A stretch of 64,000 bases of DNA, from IMG/VR virus record IMGVR_UViG_3300033075_000609, positions 5,224 to 69,223 of that record. The stretch is one strand, 5' to 3'. The notes under the pieces were generated by a model. The model did not search any database. It had not been told where the DNA came from and saw only the letters and a program-made list of their open reading frames with translations. Source of the stretch: a virus. The position numbers and the translations under genes are program-made. This document shows positions 29,008 through 37,128 of this stretch, one piece after another (within the stretch, counting starts at the first letter, position 1; each line of letters begins with the position of its first letter).

Positions 29008-29526
29008 ATGGAACGAAATATTAATAAAAAATATCTCGAAATTCATAAAAAGAAAGATTTGCCAGGTAAGAAAATGTCTATAAGAAATAGATTTACTTAT
29101 TATCCTCTTTATGATGTAGATAAGAATTCTTATATTAGAAGATATAGATTGTGGTTAAAATATAAAGAAAAGTGTATAAAAGAAGGTAGACCATTTGTAG
29201 ATGTAAAACAATATGGTAAAATTCTTTATGCTATGTCTAAAGAAATAAAAGAACAATTAAGTGTAGATCAAGATGGAGTAGTATTTAAGTCTTTTAAGGT
29301 TAGAGTAGCTACAGATTATAAAAAAAGACCTATGCTTCAGGTAAAAAGTAGGGCAAAAAAGAAAGGAATATTATCTATGAAAGATTGGGGAATATTCCCT
29401 TCAAGACCTTTTAAAGATAAATTAAAACTATTATATAAACAAAACAAACTAATTGATTTTGCAAAACTTAAAAGTAGACACTATAAAACTATTGCAGATA
29501 AATTAGATATTTTTGATGAATTTTAA
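29005..29526 (+). CDS. IHF/HU-like basic DNA-binding protein
   Basis: Very basic; YGKILYAMSKEIKEQL..GVVFK helix-strand pattern; crAss-like synteny before ring genes. Confidence 0.5.
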   Translation: MMERNINKKYLEIHKKKDLPGKKMSIRNRFTYYPLYDVDKNSYIRRYRLWLKYKEKCIKEGRPFVDVKQYGKILYAMSKEIKEQLSVDQDGVVFKSFKVRVATDYKKRPMLQVKSRAKKKGILSMKDWGIFPSRPFKDKLKLLYKQNKLIDFAKLKSRHYKTIADKLDIFDEF

Positions 29527-29528
29527 AA

Positions 29529-30200
29529 ATGACTATAAAATCAGCCATATCCCAAGTTAAATCAGATAATAAAGCATTTTCTGATGATAGTATGTTAACC
29601 AATAGATTTATTTGGTCTAAGATACAATCTAAAACTTTGTTTTTTCTTAAACAGAAGAATGACAAATTTAATCTAAATAACAACAATTTTCTATATTCAA
29701 TATTAGATTGTGTAGATATGGAATTAGTTAATTCTATTGATTGTTGTAAAGAAATACCTTCTTGTGAAATTCTTAGATCTGTTGAGAAATTACCAAAAAT
29801 AGCTGAATCTAATTTATCAGCTATTATTAAAGGCATCTACAATTTAGATGGAAGTGAGAGAATTGATTTTGTAACCATTAATGATGTTATTAGATTATCT
29901 AATTCAAAATACAAACCAAAAGGCATAAAAGCCTTCATAAAAGATGAATACCTCTTTATTCCTTTTAGAAAGAACCCCAAAGCTGTAGCTATAGAAGCTT
30001 ACTTTGAAAATCCTTTGGAAGTATATCAAAGAAACAGATGTAAAGAACAAGATAGTTGTATATCTTATTCAGATCTAGAATGGAGATGTCCTTCAGATTT
30101 ACAATCAGTTGTAATTCAAGAAGTTAATAAAGAATTGGCTTATTTCTTTAATAGAATTATCTCGGATGAAAATACTGATAAAAATGAGTCATCGAGATGA
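29529..30200 (+). CDS. tail ring (tubular) protein
   Basis: LDCVDMELV, LRSVEKLP, YFENP motifs; synteny. Confidence 0.7.
   Translation: MTIKSAISQVKSDNKAFSDDSMLTNRFIWSKIQSKTLFFLKQKNDKFNLNNNNFLYSILDCVDMELVNSIDCCKEIPSCEILRSVEKLPKIAESNLSAIIKGIYNLDGSERIDFVTINDVIRLSNSKYKPKGIKAFIKDEYLFIPFRKNPKAVAIEAYFENPLEVYQRNRCKEQDSCISYSDLEWRCPSDLQSVVIQEVNKELAYFFNRIISDENTDKNESSR
30171..30200 (+). repeat. direct repeat copy 1 (gene 3' end NTDKNESSR*)
   Basis: 24/30 nt identical to 31011..31040. Confidence 0.8.
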
Positions 30201-31018
30201 GTCAATTTGAAATTAATATTAAAGACGCATTTTTTAAAAATCCTTGCGTTTATATTATAAAAAATAAAAATAATAATAAAATTTATATAGGTTCTACTAT
30301 AAATTTTAGAAAGCGTTCACAAGAACATAAAAGAGATTTAGAGAAAAATAATCATATAAATAAACATTTGCAAAAAAGTTATAATAAAGGAAATAAATTT
30401 ACCATTGAAATATTACAACTATGCCAAAAAGAACAGTTAATTTTATTAGAAACAGATTATGTTTTATTTTGTAGAAGTAATGATAAAAATATAGGCTATA
30501 ATATACTTATTCCAGGAAAAATGCCTAAATTTAAAATTACTGAAAAGCATAAAGAAAAAATGATGATAGCCAGAAGAAAAAAAGGGTATGATTTGTCTTG
30601 TTTAAGAACAAAAGAAGTTGTTGAAAAATGTAGACTTAAAAAATATAAAAAAGTAAATGTTTTTAAAAAAGATGGATCTTTATTATTTACTGCAAAAAGT
30701 ATGATTGATGCAGAAGAAAAAACAGGAATAAAAAGACAAAATATCTCTGAAAATTGTAGAAATAAATCTTCATATTTATACAACAATTTATATTTTAGAT
30801 ATTTAGGTGATAGTAATTATAGAGAAAAATACATAAAAGTTATTTATGATAATGAAGTTTTTGGTTTTGATAAAGTAGCAGAAGTATTAAAATTTTTTAA
30901 TATAAAGAATGACACAAATCTTTATAAATTTGCTAAAGATAAAAATTTTAAAGGTAAATCTTTTGAATATTTTAATAAAAAACATTCAAAGTCAAATTAT
31001 AAACAAAAAAAACACTGA
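30197..31018 (+). CDS. GIY-YIG homing endonuclease
   Basis: CVYII...KIYIGST..RKR..EH...N.H.N..LQ; NUMOD-like C-terminus. Confidence 0.88.
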   Translation: MSQFEINIKDAFFKNPCVYIIKNKNNNKIYIGSTINFRKRSQEHKRDLEKNNHINKHLQKSYNKGNKFTIEILQLCQKEQLILLETDYVLFCRSNDKNIGYNILIPGKMPKFKITEKHKEKMMIARRKKGYDLSCLRTKEVVEKCRLKKYKKVNVFKKDGSLLFTAKSMIDAEEKTGIKRQNISENCRNKSSYLYNNLYFRYLGDSNYREKYIKVIYDNEVFGFDKVAEVLKFFNIKNDTNLYKFAKDKNFKGKSFEYFNKKHSKSNYKQKKH

Positions 31019-31040
31019 TAAAAATGAACAATCCAAATGA
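31011..31040 (+). repeat. direct repeat copy 2 (orphan gene 3' end NTDKNEQSK*)
   Basis: 24/30 nt identical to 30171..30200; ends in the ATGA overlap with the next gene. Confidence 0.8.
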
Positions 31041-31888
31041 AATATAGTTTAAAAAGATATACTACTGCTGATGAAATTTTTAATAGAGTTTCTGCTTCAT
31101 TAAAATCTTATAGTGATAGTGATTTAATTTTATTTGATGAGTATTATAAAATTATTGATCTTTGTAATGCAAGATTAGGTCTTAGAATTAATCCAACTAA
31201 AGAAGTATTTTTAAAGATTGAAAATGGAAGGGTAGATCTACCCCTTGATTTTCATTTATTAGAATTGGCTTTATTAGTTAGTAATCAAATTGAAGTTTAT
31301 AATTTACCTATTCAAAAAACAGAGTATTTAACTTCAAGATGTCCTACATCAAATGAATTATCCTTAATAGAAGCAGATAAATGTTGTAATTTTAAATTAG
31401 AGTGTGGGAAAGTACCCATACTTACTTGTGAGTATGAAAAGAGACAAATAGTATTTAAGCAGACATTCATTGCCCCCCTAACTGAGAAAAAATATGCAAC
31501 TAATGCTTGTTTTAATTTAAATGTATCTAGAGGAAGAATTTTAATGGAAATAACTAATAATCAAATCTTTATAGATGGAGTTGAAGATGGTTATGTATAT
31601 TTACAGTATACTTCTAATATGAAAGAAGAAGGCAATATACCTACTTGTATAGATAATGAAATTATTTTAAACTATTATGAGCAAGCAATTAAATATGAAA
31701 TCTTACAGGATTTATATATAAATAAAAGATTGGAGATTGCTCAGGCACTTCAATTAGTTGAAAAAAGAATGATATTAGCTAAGAATGAAGCTATTTCTTT
31801 AGTATCTACTCCTGAATTTGGAGAATTACAACAAATAGGTAATTTTCTTCGCAGACAATATAGAAAATATAATCCAAAACTTAGATAA
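31037..31888 (+). CDS. tail ring/tubular protein
   Basis: IENGRVDLPLDF, GYVYLQY...G.IP motifs; precedes the muzzle gene. Confidence 0.72.
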   Translation: MKYSLKRYTTADEIFNRVSASLKSYSDSDLILFDEYYKIIDLCNARLGLRINPTKEVFLKIENGRVDLPLDFHLLELALLVSNQIEVYNLPIQKTEYLTSRCPTSNELSLIEADKCCNFKLECGKVPILTCEYEKRQIVFKQTFIAPLTEKKYATNACFNLNVSRGRILMEITNNQIFIDGVEDGYVYLQYTSNMKEEGNIPTCIDNEIILNYYEQAIKYEILQDLYINKRLEIAQALQLVEKRMILAKNEAISLVSTPEFGELQQIGNFLRRQYRKYNPKLR

Positions 31889-31890
31889 TT

Positions 31891-32283
31891 ATGGAATTAA
31901 CCTCAACAAAAACTTTATTAAAAAGACCAACTACTACATCTAAATATGGTGAATTTATTGGTAAATTATTCCATTCAAGAAATGTGGCACATTTAGTACA
32001 CTTAAATGTAACTTCTTTTGCTAAACATAAGGCATTAAATGAATATTATGATGAAATTCTTGATTTACTAGATACTTTAACAGAAACTTCTTTTGGTTCT
32101 ATAGGAAGACAAGAAATAATTATCCCTGAATCTAAAGTAGAAGATATAAATGTTCATCTTTCTTCTTTAAGAGATTATATAGAATCCAATAGACTTATAT
32201 TTAAAGGAACTCATTTACAGAACATTATTGATGAGATAGTAGCATTAATAGATCATACTGTTTATTTATTAACACTTAGTTAA
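31891..32283 (+). CDS. ferritin/Dps-like four-helix protein (DUF5856-like)
   Basis: AHLVHL..TSFAKHKALNEYYD...LQNIIDEI...YLLTL. Confidence 0.8.
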   Translation: MELTSTKTLLKRPTTTSKYGEFIGKLFHSRNVAHLVHLNVTSFAKHKALNEYYDEILDLLDTLTETSFGSIGRQEIIIPESKVEDINVHLSSLRDYIESNRLIFKGTHLQNIIDEIVALIDHTVYLLTLS

Positions 32284-35200
32284 TGTTAGAAAATAAAGAT
32301 ATACAAGGCAAGTCAACACAGGTAGTAGGTTTAAAAAAATCTATACATAAAACTGTTTTAAAAGATGGAGAGTATCATCATTTAAAAAATGGTACTATTT
32401 CTTCTTTTGAGGGAGATATTCCTTTTATACAAAATATGCCTTCCAACATAGAATGTGTAACTTTACCTATAGGATATAAAGTTTTAGGAAGTGAATATAT
32501 TAAAGAAAGGGATTATCACATCTTATTTTTAGTAAATCCTGCATCTAATAAATCTGAGATTGGGTTTTTTTATGGAAATGAGTGTAGATATGAGACTAAA
32601 CTAAATCAAAATTGTTTAGATTTTAGTATTTCATATCCAATAAAATGCCAATATAAAATTAAAAAATGTCAATTACATCTTTATTTTCAAGATGGAAAAA
32701 ACAAAAATAGACATATCAATTTAGATGATTTACCTTTTAAAAAACAATTAGTAGATGGTTGTTATGTAGACACAGATGTATTTGATTGTTCATCTATTAA
32801 CATTCAAAATGATTTAACTCCTCCAGTAGTTAAACCAAGAATTCCTATTGAAGCAGGTGCTTTATATACAGGTGTTTATCAATTTGCAGTAGCTTACGCC
32901 AACATTAAAGGAGATGAACAATCTTCTTATTACAGTAAGACAAATCCAATGCCTATTTATGAAGATAGATTCTCCTCTTATGAAAATACAGAAGGTTCAC
33001 AAGCCAATAAATTAACAGATAAAGCTATTCCTGTAGAGTTTTCTAATTTAGATATTAGGTATGACTACATCAATTTAGCTGTTATTAAAACTGTACAAGG
33101 TACTCCTACATATGAATTAGTAGCAACACTCCCAATATCTACAAAAGAATATATTTACACAGGAAGAGAAGTGACTAAATTGTTATCTATAGATAGAATA
33201 TTAGGATTATATCCTGATTATTTTAATTCTAGAACGATTACCTCTGCTAATAATTATCTTATAATGGCAAATATGTCTACTCAAGATGAAGCTAATTACC
33301 AACCTTTTGCTAACTTAATAGAACTTGAATGGGCAGTAGTAAGGAAAAAAGCAGATAGTTTTGAATCTACTTATAAAAATCCCTTAAATTCTGTAGAATA
33401 TAAAGGATATCAAAGAGGAGAAGTGTACCCCTTTGCCATACATTTATTATTAACTAATGGCAGGAAAACATCTGCTTTTCATATTCCAGGTCGTAAAGCT
33501 AAACCTTCTGATTTAGTTAAATACACTATAGATAATATTCCAAGTGGGGAAAGTTGTAATTTTTTTGAATTAACTGATATAGATCCTTGTTCTAATACAA
33601 ACGTAAGTGAACTTTATCACTGGCAAGTATATGATACAGCTACTATAGAAGAGCAAAAAAATCCTGATGAATTGACAGTTTGTGATGGAGATGTTATAGC
33701 TAGAGGAGATTTTGCGTATTGGGAATCTACTAATACTTACCCTTGTAATTCAGAAGTATATCAAAATTTATCAGGACAAAAAATAAGACATCATAAATTT
33801 CCTACTAATAATACTATTCATCACCACAATCAACCTTATTCTTATGCATTATCAGGAGATTCTGTGGCTTATTCTAATAATGAAACTTATATTTATCCTA
33901 TAGGAGTACAATTAAAAAAATCATTGAGTGATTATATTCAGACTGCAATTAATAGGGGAATATTGTCAAAAGAAGAAGCTGATTTAATAGCAGGATATGA
34001 AATAGTAAGAGGAGATAGAACAGGTAATAAATCTATTATAGCTAAAGGATTATTGTATAATATGAATTATTATATGGACATTAATCCCTCTACAAATATA
34101 AGTGAAGAAGTATTATATCCTAACTATCCTTTTAATGATTTAAGGGAAGATAAATACCTAAATAATCAATTATCTAATGATTATTCTACTATTTCTTTTA
34201 TAGTAGAGGTTTCAGGAAGTGCAACATATAATTCTGGAGATACAGTTCCTTTTGGTACATGGGGAAATCCATATTCTACATCTTTTACTTTAGATAGAAC
34301 CTTTACAGTAAATGAAGATTTTACAATTACATATCAAAAAATAGGAGATCCTCCTATATTAGGATATTATTCTATGTCTTTTAAATTTTACGGAGATGAT
34401 AGAACTACAAATGAAGATTTTGTAATATATGAAGGTACTCAAGATTTGCAGAGTCAACCTTTATATAAAAAAAATTTATTTACTTTTCATAGTCCTGATA
34501 CTTCTTTTAAAAAACCCTTTTTAGGACAGGAATTAAATTTACATTCAATAGAATTTGGGGCATCTGAGGGAAGATTTGATAGAGTAGCAGGGCATCCAGA
34601 ATTTAAACCTGCTAATCAAACAGATTCAGCAAATTATGCTTGTGCTTATAAAGCTGTGGGTAATTACAATAATTATGTATCTGTAAGCAATACTAATCTA
34701 AGAAGAAAATTAGAAGATTTTAGTTATTTAGTTGGTAACAATTTTACTAAATTAGCTGATACATCTACTAAAATAAATAATAGATTTAGAGAATCATCTG
34801 TAGGATTAAGATTAAATTGTGATTTAGATAATCCTTCTATAGAAGATCAATCAAGATATACAATTAGTCAAAATAATCAATGCGATTGTAAAGCAGTTGT
34901 AGAGGATAGAGTTCTTGATTATAAAAATGCATTTGAAGTAGATAGTCAATGTACCACAGATAATAAATGGATTAGTTCTTATTATGGATCTCTTAAAACT
35001 AAGATACTCAATCAATATGGTCAGGTAGATACAATTAAATATGTGTTAACAGGTAGTTATCATAATGTATATGATGAACCTATACCTATATTTGGAGGAG
35101 ATACCTTTATTACCAGATTTACCCTTAAAAGAAAAAATTCCTTCTTTAATGTAAATTTTATTGGGATGTCTCCTGTAGGTATTACATACAAGGGTACTAA

Positions 35201-36962
35201 ATATGCAAATCTTCTCACTCCTGTATATCATGCAGATAATGAAAAAGGAGGAGCTTTAGGGGAATATAAAATAGATTTTTCTACTTCTAAATTAGATTGC
35301 TCTATAAGTGGAGGAGTAGGTGGAGGAGATAGAAATGGTTTTTTCTATTTATTTTCTACTGGAATTGTAAACTTCTTTGTAGAGAGTGATATAAATACAG
35401 AATTGAGATATTCTGGAGTAAATCCTCAGGATACTTGGTATCCTAAACTAAAAAATACAGATGTGTGGGATTGGATGGAAGAACAAAAAGTATCCATTAA
35501 TTTAGACAATACTTATTATTATAATTTTGATTATTCAAAACAAAATACTGAAGAAGCTTTATTCCCACAAGCAGCAGATTTTAAACCAAATACTTCTTGT
35601 AAAAATACTCATCCAAGAAGAATCATTTATTCTAAACAAGATAATGAAGAAGCATCTGCTGATAATTGGTTAGTATATCCTGCAAATAATTATTGTGATG
35701 TAGATAGTTATTTAGGTTCGATTATAGATATAGAAGCTCTAGATACTTATAAAGTATTAGTAAGGTGTGAAAATGGTTCTTTAGTATTTAATGCATATGA
35801 TACTTTGCAATTAGCTCAAACTTCTGTAACTGTAGGGACAGGAGGAATGTTTTCTCAAAGACCCCAAACCTTTGCAGAAACAGACACAGGTTATGCAGGT
35901 TCACAATCTAAGTATGCTATTAATACTTCTCAATATGGAACATTTTTCCCTGAATTTAAAAGAGGTAGAGTATTTCATTATGCAGGTCAATTAGAAGAAA
36001 TTTCTAATAATGGAATGTTTGATTGGTTTCAGGAAAATATGAATTTTAAAATTCAATCTCAAATACCAAATGTCAATTTAGATAATCCATTTACAGGGAT
36101 AGGATATAATTCAGTTTATGATAATAGGTTAAATTTATGGTTCTTGACTAAAAAAGATTATAAATTAAAAAATATAAAAGAGTTAGGTAATATTACTTTA
36201 GATGAAAATAATAATATTTTATATAAGGGTAAACCTGCAAATTTTTTAGATAATAAAATTTGGAAAAATGTAGGCTGGACAATCTCTTACAGTCCTTTAT
36301 ATAAATCTTGGATTTCTTTTCATTCATTCCAACCTAATTATTACATTAATGGAATACAAAATTTCTATACAGGATTACAGGATGGAGTTATTTACAAACA
36401 TTGGGATAAATTTTCTTTTCAAACTTATTATAAAAAACTCTATCCTTTTGAAATTATGATTACTACTTCAAAAGAAGAGTTAACATCTATTTTACAATCC
36501 ATTGAATATAATTTAAAGATTCAGAAATACTTAAATAACAATTATCAGGATTTATATGAAAATCATAACATTAACTTTACTAAAGCAATAATATCTACAG
36601 ATAATCAATCAAGTGGATTATTGAACTTGATTAAAAAAGACAGTCAAAATCCATATCAATCATTAAGTTACCCTAAATCTAATATTGGTTCTATAGATAT
36701 TCTTTACTCTAAAATAGAAGGACATAAATATAGAATTAATCAATTTGCAGATTTAGTTTTAGATAAAAACAATGATCAAGCAATTTTTTTACATGAAGAA
36801 AATGGAGTAGATAAAGTACCAAATAATATTGATTATAGTAAACAATATCCTCAAAAACTAAGAAATGAATTTTTTGATGTAACTTTAATTAATGATAAAG
36901 AATCAGATTATAAGTTTATACTTAAATCTTTAATTAATAAAACCTTAAAATCTATAAGATAA
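32283..36962 (+). CDS. tail stabilization/muzzle protein
   Basis: 1559 aa; GVYQFAVAY, GYQRGEVYPFAI, IRHHKFP, FHSPD, IFGGDTFITRF, WISFHSF motifs. Confidence 0.88.
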   Translation: MLENKDIQGKSTQVVGLKKSIHKTVLKDGEYHHLKNGTISSFEGDIPFIQNMPSNIECVTLPIGYKVLGSEYIKERDYHILFLVNPASNKSEIGFFYGNECRYETKLNQNCLDFSISYPIKCQYKIKKCQLHLYFQDGKNKNRHINLDDLPFKKQLVDGCYVDTDVFDCSSINIQNDLTPPVVKPRIPIEAGALYTGVYQFAVAYANIKGDEQSSYYSKTNPMPIYEDRFSSYENTEGSQANKLTDKAIPVEFSNLDIRYDYINLAVIKTVQGTPTYELVATLPISTKEYIYTGREVTKLLSIDRILGLYPDYFNSRTITSANNYLIMANMSTQDEANYQPFANLIELEWAVVRKKADSFESTYKNPLNSVEYKGYQRGEVYPFAIHLLLTNGRKTSAFHIPGRKAKPSDLVKYTIDNIPSGESCNFFELTDIDPCSNTNVSELYHWQVYDTATIEEQKNPDELTVCDGDVIARGDFAYWESTNTYPCNSEVYQNLSGQKIRHHKFPTNNTIHHHNQPYSYALSGDSVAYSNNETYIYPIGVQLKKSLSDYIQTAINRGILSKEEADLIAGYEIVRGDRTGNKSIIAKGLLYNMNYYMDINPSTNISEEVLYPNYPFNDLREDKYLNNQLSNDYSTISFIVEVSGSATYNSGDTVPFGTWGNPYSTSFTLDRTFTVNEDFTITYQKIGDPPILGYYSMSFKFYGDDRTTNEDFVIYEGTQDLQSQPLYKKNLFTFHSPDTSFKKPFLGQELNLHSIEFGASEGRFDRVAGHPEFKPANQTDSANYACAYKAVGNYNNYVSVSNTNLRRKLEDFSYLVGNNFTKLADTSTKINNRFRESSVGLRLNCDLDNPSIEDQSRYTISQNNQCDCKAVVEDRVLDYKNAFEVDSQCTTDNKWISSYYGSLKTKILNQYGQVDTIKYVLTGSYHNVYDEPIPIFGGDTFITRFTLKRKNSFFNVNFIGMSPVGITYKGTKYANLLTPVYHADNEKGGALGEYKIDFSTSKLDCSISGGVGGGDRNGFFYLFSTGIVNFFVESDINTELRYSGVNPQDTWYPKLKNTDVWDWMEEQKVSINLDNTYYYNFDYSKQNTEEALFPQAADFKPNTSCKNTHPRRIIYSKQDNEEASADNWLVYPANNYCDVDSYLGSIIDIEALDTYKVLVRCENGSLVFNAYDTLQLAQTSVTVGTGGMFSQRPQTFAETDTGYAGSQSKYAINTSQYGTFFPEFKRGRVFHYAGQLEEISNNGMFDWFQENMNFKIQSQIPNVNLDNPFTGIGYNSVYDNRLNLWFLTKKDYKLKNIKELGNITLDENNNILYKGKPANFLDNKIWKNVGWTISYSPLYKSWISFHSFQPNYYINGIQNFYTGLQDGVIYKHWDKFSFQTYYKKLYPFEIMITTSKEELTSILQSIEYNLKIQKYLNNNYQDLYENHNINFTKAIISTDNQSSGLLNLIKKDSQNPYQSLSYPKSNIGSIDILYSKIEGHKYRINQFADLVLDKNNDQAIFLHEENGVDKVPNNIDYSKQYPQKLRNEFFDVTLINDKESDYKFILKSLINKTLKSIR

Positions 36963-37117
36963 TGGGGACTATAAAAATTAATCCAAAAAATAAAGGAAAA
37001 TTTACAGCTACTAAAAAAAGAACTGGTAAATCAACTGAAGAACTTACTCATTCAAAAAATTCTTTGACTAGAAAAAGAGCAATATTTGCTCAGAATGCTA
37101 AAAAATGGAAACATTAA
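36962..37117 (+). CDS. small basic protein (51 aa), putative DNA-binding cargo peptide
   Basis: Manual translation MGTIKINPKNKGKFTATKKRTGKSTEELTHSKNSLTRKRAIFAQNAKKWKH*; TAATG coupling to the muzzle gene. Confidence 0.75.
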   Translation: MGTIKINPKNKGKFTATKKRTGKSTEELTHSKNSLTRKRAIFAQNAKKWKH

Positions 37118-37128
37118 AAAATAATTAA

